From positions 3,265 to 67,264 of the forward strand of contig CAYPFQ010000002.1 of the NCBI GenBank assembly GCA_964410135.1: 64,000 nt of DNA, written 5' to 3'. The stretch's first letter is position 1. Each line of letters starts with the position of its first letter. This stretch comes from an uncultured Candidatus Bathyarchaeia archaeon (GTDB lineage Archaea > Thermoproteota > Bathyarchaeia > RBG-16-48-13 > CAYPFQ01). Both the position numbers and the translations under genes were made by a program. Shown piece by piece: positions 1 through 9,625 of this stretch. The notes beneath the pieces were generated by a model. The model had not been told where the DNA came from and ran no database searches. It worked only from the letters and a program-made list of their open reading frames with translations.

Positions 1-8
1 GGGCAACT

Positions 9-305
9 ATGCTCTCTGAACAATGTCCTGCCTGCGGTTCTCCCCTCTTCAAACTTCACGAGGAAATATGGTGTCCTAATTGTAACAAACGTGTTATAAT
101 CGTCAAGAAGGAAGAAGAAGCGCCTAAAATGGCTGGTCCAATGTTGCTGGCTGGAGTTGAAGACACTGTGCTTAGGAAAATCAGCGAGATTAATGCTCAG
201 ATCAAGGCGGAGAAGGATCCTGAGAAGTTGGAGAAGTTAGGGGACCTGCTTTCCATATGGCTTGAAGCATTGGAGAAATTAAAGAAAATTCAGAAAGCTT
301 CCTAA
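9..305 (+). CDS. Small zinc-ribbon protein (CxxC...CxxC), archaeal UPF0148/Sjogren autoantigen-like family
   Basis: ORF track. N-terminal CPACG...CPNC zinc ribbon followed by a charged helical tail. Confidence 0.5.
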   Translation: MLSEQCPACGSPLFKLHEEIWCPNCNKRVIIVKKEEEAPKMAGPMLLAGVEDTVLRKISEINAQIKAEKDPEKLEKLGDLLSIWLEALEKLKKIQKAS

Positions 306-1012
306 CCCTTGTAGGGAGTTGTGAGTAGCTCTTTCACTTTCTCCGTAATCTTTGGCCCCAGTCCGTGAACTTCATCCGCCCAACGGTCAACGTTTGATAA
401 TGCGTTCATTGGAGTCTGATAGGTTTTTAGAAGTAGGATAGCCTTTTCCCGTCCAATTACAGGAAGTCCTGCCATGAAAAAGAGCTGAGCCTCCGCTAGA
501 GTTTCTACTTTCTTTGCAGGGCGGACTACTGGCACTCGTTTCTCAAAAACCTGCTCTTGTCTTGCAGCAGTGTATATGAAGTCAGAGGTTTCCTTCGGGT
601 TTGTTGTATGAATTATGGAGATCCCCTGTTTTGCTAGTGCGAACATGGCTCCCCAGACTGCTTGAGGGTTAATTTTGCTAAACTTGTAGATGAGTGGCAT
701 GTAGCCTTCGATTAGGATTAATGGTTGAGGATAAGCGTCCTTTAAAGTGAATAGCTGTTCAAACAAGAAACGCCTTGTTAGAGTATGGACGAAGTCAAAC
801 ACAGTTTTTCTTTCAAGGGCGCATCGATCTGAGATAACATAATCTCCTTTTTGGAGAGCCTCTGTCCTCACCTCAGCGCCTAACTCCCTCAATCCCTTGA
901 TGACTTTGGGAGCAGCGCTCGCCTCACGGCTGTCAACAATTATTATGGGCTTCTCCTGTTTCTCTCCCTCTTTTAGATAGGGTAGTAGAGTTTCAGACAC
1001 ATCATACACCAT
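302..1012 (-). CDS. xpf: Short archaeal XPF/ERCC4-family structure-specific nuclease (nuclease + HhH2)
   Basis: ERCC4 signature GDYVISDRCALERKTVFDF (GDx_nERKxxxD). About 236 aa, as in crenarchaeal-type short XPF with a C-terminal HhH2. Confidence 0.8.
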   Translation of the reverse strand: MVYDVSETLLPYLKEGEKQEKPIIIVDSREASAAPKVIKGLRELGAEVRTEALQKGDYVISDRCALERKTVFDFVHTLTRRFLFEQLFTLKDAYPQPLILIEGYMPLIYKFSKINPQAVWGAMFALAKQGISIIHTTNPKETSDFIYTAARQEQVFEKRVPVVRPAKKVETLAEAQLFFMAGLPVIGREKAILLLKTYQTPMNALSNVDRWADEVHGLGPKITEKVKELLTTPYKG

Positions 1013-1072
1013 CCGAACCTGTTAAGCTACTTAAAGCTACTATTGAATAATTAAGCTTCAGAGGCTTTAGGC

Positions 1073-1606
1073 ATGCTTGGGCGCTATGCCAATTTTCCAA
1101 CAATTATTCATGGACGGGCACTACTTTCACACCAGATATCGTTGCCCAGGCTCCAACAGCTTCTCATAGCTTCACTTCAAAGCATGAATGGGCGTAAAGA
1201 ATCCTGCGAAATCAGTGTTTCAGATCATCCTGGGGTTTATGCTGGAGAGCGCTCATTCGAAATAGGGGTAGCTGAGGATGTTTACTTCAACTTTCTTGAT
1301 AACGTGGAAGCAAAACGCCTCAATGAGCATATCTCATCAGGGGAGAATCTCTCGCCCCTTGATTTCTTAGTCATAGTGAGTTATCACTATGTGCGGGAAG
1401 GAAAGAAGATCGCGCTCAAATTTGATCGGCACATCCTAAGATTCATTTTCTACGATAACAAATTGGAGCTAGATCTGTTCCACGAGAAAGGTATTCGGAG
1501 AACGCCTCTTGACGATCTTCTAAAATACATTATAGATAACATTAGCCAAGAAATTAAGAAGAGTCATCTGGCACTGCCTAAGATAGAGCAGTTAAGAACG
1601 CTTTAG
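1073..1606 (+). CDS. Hypothetical protein (no recognisable motif)
   Basis: 177-aa ORF lying between two minus-strand genes. No family recognised. Overlaps the tmk stop by 4 nt. Confidence 0.3.
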   Translation: MLGRYANFPTIIHGRALLSHQISLPRLQQLLIASLQSMNGRKESCEISVSDHPGVYAGERSFEIGVAEDVYFNFLDNVEAKRLNEHISSGENLSPLDFLVIVSYHYVREGKKIALKFDRHILRFIFYDNKLELDLFHEKGIRRTPLDDLLKYIIDNISQEIKKSHLALPKIEQLRTL

Positions 1607-2190
1607 GCCCTGTACTTGGAGACAATTTTCCAAATGTTTTCTGCGACAATTTCAATTGAGGCCTCTCCATTCACCACGAACCAGCCGTATCTTTTTGCCA
1701 AGCTGAGATATGCTGCCCTTATTTTATTCAAAAATTCTCGATTCCTCTCATACACATCTCGTCCTCCTTCTCTGCGTTTGAAAGCAGTATCCACAGAAAT
1801 GTCTATGACAATAGTGACATCGGATTTAGGTAAGCCCTGCTCAAGGGATAGCATCCACCGGAGGTCAAGTCCATTTGCTATGCCATAGGCTAGGTTGGAT
1901 TGCATGTAGCGGTCAGCTATTACAATTTTTCCGCTTTTAAGCCAAGTCTCAATGTCCTTTTTTCTCTCCCAGCGGTTGGCGACGTATAGAAACTGTCTAA
2001 CTTCTGGGCTGAAATCCCGCTCTCCCTCTAGAAACATGCGGATCTCCTTTCCCACTGCTGTATTGTAATCTGGGAAAGAGATCACTTCAACATCGTAGCC
2101 TTTTTTTCTGAGCCTTGAAGCTAGTAACCTTGTCTGGGTTTTTTTGCCAGATTGATCTAGTCCCTCTATCACTACGAATAGTCCCTTCAT
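1603..2190 (-). CDS. tmk: Thymidylate kinase
   Basis: N-terminal P-loop FVVIEGLDQSGKKTQ. Length and motifs typical of dTMP kinase. Confidence 0.85.
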   Translation of the reverse strand: MKGLFVVIEGLDQSGKKTQTRLLASRLRKKGYDVEVISFPDYNTAVGKEIRMFLEGERDFSPEVRQFLYVANRWERKKDIETWLKSGKIVIADRYMQSNLAYGIANGLDLRWMLSLEQGLPKSDVTIVIDISVDTAFKRREGGRDVYERNREFLNKIRAAYLSLAKRYGWFVVNGEASIEIVAENIWKIVSKYRA

Positions 2191-2316
2191 CTCCCTTGTT
2201 CACCAAGCTCGGTTTATGTTTCAGTAAACTTGCTTAATACCTCTTGCTCATTTGTATGCTTAAACAATAGACATAAATCACGTCCTATTCAACAGAAAAT
2301 TGAGCTTGGTGTTTCT

Positions 2317-3615
2317 ATGAGGCATTGGGGGGAGATTCGAGATCCTATTCACGGTTATATTCCCATAACTGTGGTGGAAAAAGACCTCATTGACACACCG
2401 CCAGTACAACGATTGCGTAGGATAAAACAGCTGGCAGGGGCGCATCTAACCTATCCTGGTGCTGAGCACTCACGCTTTTCGCATTCATTAGGTGTCATGT
2501 ATTTAGCAGGGGGGCTTGCTGAACGGTTTGCCCATCTTGGCTATTTGTCAGAAGAGGAAGTACAGAAGGCTCGAATCGCGGGACTCCTTCATGATGTGGG
2601 GCATGGGCCATTCTCCCACATGTACGAGGAGGTGTTGGATAAGTATCGCCATATGACTCATGAAGACATAGCTCAATGGCTCATCAAAACAAGCGAGCTG
2701 AAGGATGTCCTGAAAAAGCACGGGTATTCTCCAGAGGAGCTTTCAAAACTATCAGTAGGAAGGCTTGAGAAAACTAGGAAGCCGTTCCTAAATCAAATCA
2801 TCGCAAGCCAATTCGATGTCGATATCATGGACTACCTAATTCGCGACTCTCATTTCACAGGAGTCGAGTATGGGATGGTTGACATTCGCCGACTCATAGA
2901 CTCCATTGATGTGATTGATAACAAGTCGCTTGGTGTGGACATCGCCGCGTCCTATGCTCTTGAAGCATTCGTAATTGCTAGGTATGAGATGTTTAAAGCA
3001 GTTTACTTTCACCGCTCCGTAAGAGCGGCTGAGATTATGCTTATCCGCGCAATGGACTATGCAAACGAGAAACTGGGACTAACCGCCTTCAAGACCCCTG
3101 GGGAGTACCTATGGCTTGACGACTCAAGCGTTTTATTAGCGTTGTTGGGATTAAAAGGAGAAAAAGAAAAGCCGCTCCAGGTTTCCTATAAAATTGCACA
3201 GATGTTCGATAATCGCCAGCTCTTCAAATGCGCCTATGAGATGATAATCCACCGAAGAGATGAATTCTTCACAAGCATCCTAAGCAGGGCAGAGTTTCGC
3301 AGTCAAATAGCTCAGGAAATGAGCGCAGAAACTGGCGTAGATCCTGATTACATTGTGATAGATGTGCCTACAGTGCCCTCTGTTCCATACTATCCGATGC
3401 AGAAACTACCTGCAGACATCCTGGTATTCCAGAAGCTTCCAGATGGATCCAAATCAGTACAACCCCTATCCCAGGTTTCTCAGCTTGTGGACACATTGAT
3501 GGGATACATGGATGTGATCCGGGTTTACACTGCAGCACCGTATCGTAAGAAGATTACCGAAGTGGCGGAGAAAACCTTTGGCAAACGCCCATACTCAACG
3601 AGGGTTTCCTTTTAA
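2317..3615 (+). CDS. HD-domain phosphohydrolase, dGTPase/SAMHD1-like dNTP triphosphohydrolase family
   Basis: HD motifs HSRFSHSLGV and LLHDVGHGPFSH. Start moved to the internal ATG (MRHWGEIRDPIHGYI), the conserved N-terminus of this family. The ORF track's TTG-extended ORF begins at 2230. Confidence 0.8.
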   Translation: MRHWGEIRDPIHGYIPITVVEKDLIDTPPVQRLRRIKQLAGAHLTYPGAEHSRFSHSLGVMYLAGGLAERFAHLGYLSEEEVQKARIAGLLHDVGHGPFSHMYEEVLDKYRHMTHEDIAQWLIKTSELKDVLKKHGYSPEELSKLSVGRLEKTRKPFLNQIIASQFDVDIMDYLIRDSHFTGVEYGMVDIRRLIDSIDVIDNKSLGVDIAASYALEAFVIARYEMFKAVYFHRSVRAAEIMLIRAMDYANEKLGLTAFKTPGEYLWLDDSSVLLALLGLKGEKEKPLQVSYKIAQMFDNRQLFKCAYEMIIHRRDEFFTSILSRAEFRSQIAQEMSAETGVDPDYIVIDVPTVPSVPYYPMQKLPADILVFQKLPDGSKSVQPLSQVSQLVDTLMGYMDVIRVYTAAPYRKKITEVAEKTFGKRPYSTRVSF

Positions 3616-4019
3616 CCCTTCTCAACTTCAATTATTGCCTTATCCGCTAGAACTCTGACAAAGTCGCCATTCTTTATAACTTTAAGGGAACTTTTCTTCA
3701 ACCTGTCTACGAGAGGTATTCCCGCCATAACACAGCCAGCTGCTATTATTGGTTCAGTTTCAATGTTGATTATTGCTAGAGGCGCAGCTCCATTCTTTGC
3801 TAAGGCGTAGAGGATGTAAGATCCGACAGTGCTGCCCTTTCCACGGGGGAACACTAGCACCTTGCCTGCTACGCTTAACCCATTTAGAGGATGTTCCCTC
3901 TCAGTTATCACTCCTGTTTTTGGATCTACTCCTCCAAAAAAAGAAATGGGCTCAGGCGACACGATTGCTAATCCTTCAGCTGCTCCGCCGACGATTTTTC
4001 GCCCCTTCAGTCTGATCAT
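3612..4019 (-). CDS. Phosphomevalonate dehydratase small subunit (DUF126/AcnX small subunit)
   Basis: About 135 aa, DUF126-like, with a 4-nt overlap to the upstream AcnX-type large subunit. Genomic context is the archaeal mevalonate pathway. Confidence 0.7.
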   Translation of the reverse strand: MIRLKGRKIVGGAAEGLAIVSPEPISFFGGVDPKTGVITEREHPLNGLSVAGKVLVFPRGKGSTVGSYILYALAKNGAAPLAIINIETEPIIAAGCVMAGIPLVDRLKKSSLKVIKNGDFVRVLADKAIIEVEKG

Positions 4020-5215
4020 ATTAAAGCCTCTCTGATGCTTTCTTCAAAGCTCTTCAATTTTACTGGCAGTCCACAGGTTGAGGGGATATAATGTGCCGCT
4101 TTGCAAGAGTTTACTACAACGCCATTAACGCCCAGTTCTTCGATCGGGGAGACCACCATGCAAGTATCATTTAAGACAAGGGCTCCTGTTTTTTCAATTT
4201 TTTTAACATAGCCAAGCTTTGTTGCTAACTTGCGTACATATTCTGAAGTGAAGAGCCAGAGGCGCTTTTTCACTTTTTTTCCTGAGAGGAGTTTTGCAGC
4301 TTTTTTCAGTTCTTCAAGGCTGCAATGCGGACAGCCAAGACATACTAGATCAAATTTGTCTTCAGTGGACAGGCGTTGAATTGTTTCCTGAATGTCGCTT
4401 TCTTCAATTGGGAACTTATCAAGGTGTGCTTTTTCTTTCTCAGATATTTTTCGGCCTTCAGGAGTTACCTTGTCGATATGGGCGAGAGCAACCGAACCCG
4501 ATGCAGCTAGACCCGCTCCTAACGCCTTAAGCTCTTCTAGGGTCGGCTTCTTTAAACCTACAAAAAAGGGTACACATTTTCCAGAGGTCTTTCCAACAGT
4601 ATAGCCAAGGGCGCTATATTCCAGCCCTCCACTTAGCGGCATCTCGACTTTTATTAAATGCGTCGGCTTTCTTTCCGTTTCAAGATGATAGCCATACAGG
4701 GGTGTGAGCCCTGTAATCGCACTAGCTAACGCTAGTGGTCCGCCTTCCCGATTTGTCTTTGCGCCGAGCACTGAGTTGACGAAGACTACAGCTGAGGATT
4801 CAGCCCAGGCCACATGTTCTCCTCTTCTTGGCTTGTTGCCTGTGAGATAGGGGGTGCAGGTGCAACTTGTTTCGATGCCCATTTTGTCAAAAGCCGAGAT
4901 GATCTGTAACTGTTTTCTAGCAAACGCCTCGCCTATTCCAAGCTCTCTCCATCGCTTTAGATCCATACCCGCTGGGTTTATTGTAGTATGAGCTTTCGCC
5001 TTTGCGCCCATCCTTGATAGATCTTCGATGAACCCGAGTCCTATGTCACCGATGTTCTTGTAGGAGATGCCTGAAACCTGCGCACTTTTAATTTTAATCA
5101 GCCTTTCAGCTTCGAAAACCTCTCCCAATGCCACCAACAGCTTCATAGCTAAAGCGTTGGCTGGTCCGTAATCACCCTTCAGCACCTCCTCCTCTTTACG
5201 AGTTAAAAACACCAA
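4016..5215 (-). CDS. Phosphomevalonate dehydratase large subunit (aconitase X / DUF521 family)
   Basis: 399 aa with the cysteine-containing AcnX-like core. Sits directly downstream of the UbiD-type decarboxylase and UbiX. Confidence 0.75.
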   Translation of the reverse strand: MVFLTRKEEEVLKGDYGPANALAMKLLVALGEVFEAERLIKIKSAQVSGISYKNIGDIGLGFIEDLSRMGAKAKAHTTINPAGMDLKRWRELGIGEAFARKQLQIISAFDKMGIETSCTCTPYLTGNKPRRGEHVAWAESSAVVFVNSVLGAKTNREGGPLALASAITGLTPLYGYHLETERKPTHLIKVEMPLSGGLEYSALGYTVGKTSGKCVPFFVGLKKPTLEELKALGAGLAASGSVALAHIDKVTPEGRKISEKEKAHLDKFPIEESDIQETIQRLSTEDKFDLVCLGCPHCSLEELKKAAKLLSGKKVKKRLWLFTSEYVRKLATKLGYVKKIEKTGALVLNDTCMVVSPIEELGVNGVVVNSCKAAHYIPSTCGLPVKLKSFEESIREALI

Positions 5216-6580
5216 TTAAACCCGCTTAAATCCAAATTTCTTTAGAATTTCTTTTACTTTCTGGCTCTCAGGAATCCTCGCTTTCTCAAATTTATCTGCT
5301 GGTTTATGTAGGGGTCTAGTTGCATCAACGCCTACTTTTGTAGTTAACTCACGTTCCTGGTCGCTAGAGGGATCCAAGCTTGATCCCCGGACATTCTTAA
5401 TAACTAATAAATCCTCGTCGCCGTGGAATCGGGTGGCAATAGCCCACTCAACCTCGCTTATGTCACATACATCTATATCCGTGTCCACAACTATGGCGTG
5501 TTTTAGACTGGGGTGAGCGGAGAACGCTGCCATTAACGCGTTTTTTCCATCGCCCTCACTCTGTTTCTCGATTGAAATGACCGCATGAAGCCAGCCAGAA
5601 CCTCCAGGGGTAAGGTTAACACCTTTCACCACTGGAACGACATGCCTTACTGCATCCCAAATTTTTGCTTCCTTTGCAAGACCCATTAGCAACTGGTGCT
5701 CTTGACCAGCTGGAAGCAACGCTTGGTAGATGAAGTCCCTCCTTCTCATGACACCTACCAACTCGATTACAGGCTGTTTTCTAACAATATCGTATGTACC
5801 GAGGATATCCGGCATCGGCCCTTCCGGCACTTCCTTGCTAATGCTGATGCATCCTTCAAGCACTATTTCAGCGTCAGCTGGAGCATAGGCATTAACATGC
5901 TCGCATTTAGTGAGTTTAAATTCGCCGTTCATAAGTGCATTAGCAACATCGTACTCGCTAACACCAAAAGGAGCCGATGAAGCCGCTGCTAAAGAAATCG
6001 CTGGATGGATTCCAATTGCAATTGCCACATCTAGAGGGGCCTTCGCCTTCTTTGCCATTTGATGTAGTTGATAGAGATGTCTTGGAACAAGTCTGATAGC
6101 GAGGTGCTTATCGTCTAACACGAGCAAGCGATGAATTGAAACATTTTCAATTTTGTCGTCTGGGCTTTTTGCGGCAACTGTTGCCGAGGTTACGTATGGT
6201 CCCGCGTCTTTTTCGTAGTGTAGTAATATTGGAATTTTACTTAACTTTGGTTCCTCTAAGACTTCCTTCACTGGGGCGTGTTCAACAATCGCTGGACGCA
6301 CTGGACGTAACAACGCGTTTATAATTTTCTCATGAAGCACCTCTTCTCTTACATTTAATGCTTTACAAATTCTGTCTCTAGTTCCACAGACGTTAGCTAC
6401 AACTGGCACATGGCTTCCTTTTATTTTCTCAAAAAGTACTGCTGGTCCGAAATCAAATTTCTTCATAATTTCTGCTGCTTCAAACTTCGTGGACACAGCA
6501 TCTTTTATCCTAACGAGTTCCTTTGCTCGTTCCAATTCTTCTATAAAGCTTCTCAGATCAGTCAACCCATCTTTCCCCAT
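5216..6580 (-). CDS. UbiD-family (prFMN-dependent) decarboxylase, likely trans-anhydromevalonate-5-phosphate decarboxylase
   Basis: 454-aa UbiD-family protein. Abuts the AcnX large subunit with zero gap and follows ubiX. Confidence 0.75.
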   Translation of the reverse strand: MGKDGLTDLRSFIEELERAKELVRIKDAVSTKFEAAEIMKKFDFGPAVLFEKIKGSHVPVVANVCGTRDRICKALNVREEVLHEKIINALLRPVRPAIVEHAPVKEVLEEPKLSKIPILLHYEKDAGPYVTSATVAAKSPDDKIENVSIHRLLVLDDKHLAIRLVPRHLYQLHQMAKKAKAPLDVAIAIGIHPAISLAAASSAPFGVSEYDVANALMNGEFKLTKCEHVNAYAPADAEIVLEGCISISKEVPEGPMPDILGTYDIVRKQPVIELVGVMRRRDFIYQALLPAGQEHQLLMGLAKEAKIWDAVRHVVPVVKGVNLTPGGSGWLHAVISIEKQSEGDGKNALMAAFSAHPSLKHAIVVDTDIDVCDISEVEWAIATRFHGDEDLLVIKNVRGSSLDPSSDQERELTTKVGVDATRPLHKPADKFEKARIPESQKVKEILKKFGFKRV

Positions 6581-6592
6581 GACTGATAATAT

Positions 6593-7153
6593 TTATCCTA
6601 CGCCTTGGTACCTTTTATACAAATCTTGTTTTATTCCAATTCTATCCAAGATTTTTCCTACAATGAAGTCCACTAACTCCGTGATATTCTTAGGTTTGTG
6701 GTAGAATGCTGGCATGGCTGGTAGTATGATTGCACCTGCCTCAGCGGCCTTTACGAGATTTCTCAGGTTTATAAGGTTAAGCGGAGTTTCACGAATGACT
6801 AGAATTAGTTTTCTCCCTTCTTTTAATGCGCAATCAGCAGTCCTAGTCAGTAGGTTGTCCGCGTATCCGTTGGCGATTGAGGCTAAAGTCTTCATTGAGC
6901 ACGGGACTATTATGACGGCATCAATTGGGAAGGATCCGCTTGCCACTGGCGCGGCCATCTCGTCGGGGCGGTAGGTCTGACTTGCTAGCGCTTCAATCTG
7001 TTTTCTTTCAATTCCTAGCTCTTGTTTTGCTATTATCTCGGCATTGCTAGAGAGAATTAGGTATGTCTCGATTTTCTTAGTTTTCAGAACCTCAAGTAAA
7101 CGCACGCCATACACAGTGCCACTGGCGCCAGTTATTCCTACCACTATCTTCAT
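6593..7153 (-). CDS. ubiX: Flavin prenyltransferase UbiX (prFMN synthase)
   Basis: N-terminus MKIVVGITGASG with a flavoprotein fold. 186 aa. Confidence 0.85.
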   Translation of the reverse strand: MKIVVGITGASGTVYGVRLLEVLKTKKIETYLILSSNAEIIAKQELGIERKQIEALASQTYRPDEMAAPVASGSFPIDAVIIVPCSMKTLASIANGYADNLLTRTADCALKEGRKLILVIRETPLNLINLRNLVKAAEAGAIILPAMPAFYHKPKNITELVDFIVGKILDRIGIKQDLYKRYQGVG

Positions 7154-7539
7154 TTCAATTTCTCCTTTCCAGAAATTTTTTCTATCAATCTCATGAAGAT
7201 GCGTCCAGCTACGTTTTCCTCGACGGTCTCAGTGAAGGTTGAGACTAATCCGATCTTATTGAAGACTGCTACAAATCGCTCAGCGAGAATGCGGGTGATG
7301 GTCTGATTTCTATCGCCTAGAAGTATTGACGATAGGGCTGGCGCTACGCCCTCCCTCCTAAGCGGTAACGCAACGGCTAAGGTGCCTAAACGCGGCTCTT
7401 TGCCTTCAGTGAAAAAGGCGAAGACTGCGTTTTCAACATGGAAGACTACCGCGGAAAATTTTTTGTTTGCTTCTTCAACTTCTTCTCTAAATATTTCAGA
7501 TGACACCCCGTAGTCGCCTCTCTTAATGCTCTCTTTCAT
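7150..7539 (-). CDS. Hypothetical protein, first gene of the ubiX-ubiD-acnX operon
   Basis: 129-aa ORF whose stop overlaps the ubiX start by 4 nt. No family recognised. Confidence 0.45.
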   Translation of the reverse strand: MKESIKRGDYGVSSEIFREEVEEANKKFSAVVFHVENAVFAFFTEGKEPRLGTLAVALPLRREGVAPALSSILLGDRNQTITRILAERFVAVFNKIGLVSTFTETVEENVAGRIFMRLIEKISGKEKLK

Positions 7540-7631
7540 CCAGTCTCTAAAATAGATTTTAAAACAAATACGTATTCCCCATCAACTAGGCATGCATAAA
7601 TCTGCTTTTCGCAAAGATTTGATGGAGTCCC

Positions 7632-9566
7632 ATGTCCACCCACTCCTTATCACATCCAGTTAACAAATACTTTCCATACAATACTCTCCGTCCATACCAA
7701 GAGCTCTTCATTGACACTGTCTACAACTCTGTGAGTTCAAGATCCCACTTGGTAATGGAAGGTGTAAACGGTCTTGGTAAAACAATCGCTGTGCTCTCAG
7801 CGGTACTCCCCATAGTCAAAGAAGAGGGATACAAGGTCCTCTATTGTACACGAACGCACAAGCAGATGGACCGGGTCGTAGAGGAACTTAAAGCGATCTC
7901 TAAACGAGTCAAAATCAGCGGCATCTCTATTCGTGGAAGACAAGAGATGTGCTTTAATCCACTTATCACCAGACACGCGTCGGATGCCGCAACAGCTATG
8001 GAGATCTGCGATCAACTAAAGCAGAGGGAATTATGCCCATTCTACGAGAACTTGGATAGAAATGCCGAGAGACGGAGCGAACTGCAACTTGTCTTCGAAT
8101 CCAGACCATTTATGGCAACCGAGGTTTTAGAAATTTGTAAGCATGAAAAAATCTGTCCCTACGAACTAACAAAGCTCTGCCTCGGACAAGTGGATGTAGT
8201 TGCGCTGAGCTATATTTACGCATTTCACCCAATTATCCGAGGTAGCTTTTTCAAACATTTCAACAAACCGATCAGCGACTTCATATTAATTCTGGATGAG
8301 GCACACAACCTCCCTGGCATCGCTGTGGAATTAGCAGGCGATCAACTGACTCTCTTTTCCATTCGACAGGCCCAGCAAGAAGCTAAAAAATACGGTCACA
8401 GTGACATTGAAACTTTCTGTATAAGCCTTGAACATATTGTCAGGAAGATATCTGAATCAGTTGAAGGAGAAGTTCCAGTTAATCCTACGCTTTTCCTAGA
8501 AACTCTAAAAGATGAAACCGGAGTCGACGAACAGCTAAATTTTTTCGATTACATGTGCGCTTTGGGAAACACGATCCGAAAAGAGCTACTTACAAAGGGG
8601 AGATATCCCCGCTCAGTCATCCACCGGGTTGGACGCTTTTTATTAAACTGGCTGCAAACTTCCGCTGATCCAGCATTCACACACATCCTAGTAAAATATG
8701 AAGCGAAAAGCGGGACGCTATCTTCTAGACTAGAAATAGTTTCGCTAGAACCAAGAAGGATAATCGAGCCAATAGTCTCTTCTGTCCACTGCACTATTAG
8801 CATATCCGGCACATTAGAACCGCTCAAGTCCTATGTTAAAATAACAGGACTTCCAAGCACAACTTGCTGCAAAGCAGTGCCTTCGCCATTTCCCGAAGAG
8901 CATATACTAACTCTGTCATGTTTAGGAGTAACAACAAGTCTTAACGAGCGTACTCCTAAAATGTACAAAAAACTTGTAGGGAAACTGGCGGAGATAGTGC
9001 GATATACGCCTGCTAACGTCGGCATATTTACGGCGTCTTTTGATGTGCTTGAGGGGCTTCTTGAGGCTGACCTCGAAGAATTAATCGATAAGCCACTATT
9101 GCAAGAAAAGCGAGGTATGCGATCAAAGGAGAACGATCAACTGGTCACTAAGTTCAAGTTATATGCGGAGAGAGGGGGAGCTGTTCTGCTAGGAGTCGAG
9201 GGTGGGCGATCATCGGAAGGAGCCGATTTTCCAGGAAAACAGATGGAAAGCGTAGCTATCGTAGGCGTGCCGTACATGGAACCGACACCAAGGGTAAACG
9301 CTCAAATCCGATACTATGAAACCCAGTTTCCAAGACATGGACACGAGTATGGGTACATAATACCCGCTATTAGAAAAGCAGCACAAGCTGCTGGCCGCCC
9401 CATTCGGACACTTGAGGACAAGGGTGCGATTATCTTTCTAGACTATCGATTCTCAACTAGATATTGCCGCTACTATCTCCCACTCTGGATTAGAAAGAAC
9501 ATGAAAAACATTCCGGACGAAAATGGAGCTGTAGCAAAAGAACTGGTTTTATTTTTTGGTCTTTGA
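7632..9566 (+). CDS. XPD/Rad3-family SF2 helicase (DinG/XPD-like, FeS domain)
   Basis: Motif I GVNGLGKT, DEAH box LILDEAHNL, and four Cys of an FeS domain between motifs Ia and II. Confidence 0.8.
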   Translation: MSTHSLSHPVNKYFPYNTLRPYQELFIDTVYNSVSSRSHLVMEGVNGLGKTIAVLSAVLPIVKEEGYKVLYCTRTHKQMDRVVEELKAISKRVKISGISIRGRQEMCFNPLITRHASDAATAMEICDQLKQRELCPFYENLDRNAERRSELQLVFESRPFMATEVLEICKHEKICPYELTKLCLGQVDVVALSYIYAFHPIIRGSFFKHFNKPISDFILILDEAHNLPGIAVELAGDQLTLFSIRQAQQEAKKYGHSDIETFCISLEHIVRKISESVEGEVPVNPTLFLETLKDETGVDEQLNFFDYMCALGNTIRKELLTKGRYPRSVIHRVGRFLLNWLQTSADPAFTHILVKYEAKSGTLSSRLEIVSLEPRRIIEPIVSSVHCTISISGTLEPLKSYVKITGLPSTTCCKAVPSPFPEEHILTLSCLGVTTSLNERTPKMYKKLVGKLAEIVRYTPANVGIFTASFDVLEGLLEADLEELIDKPLLQEKRGMRSKENDQLVTKFKLYAERGGAVLLGVEGGRSSEGADFPGKQMESVAIVGVPYMEPTPRVNAQIRYYETQFPRHGHEYGYIIPAIRKAAQAAGRPIRTLEDKGAIIFLDYRFSTRYCRYYLPLWIRKNMKNIPDENGAVAKELVLFFGL

Positions 9567-9625
9567 GGCATCCTAAAATTTTTCTGTTTAAACTAGAACT
9601 ATGCCTTAATCGTGTTGAAGTCAAA

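Noticed and set aside
1616-1888. 90-aa plus-strand ORF
   Set aside because: Lies entirely antisense to thymidylate kinase.
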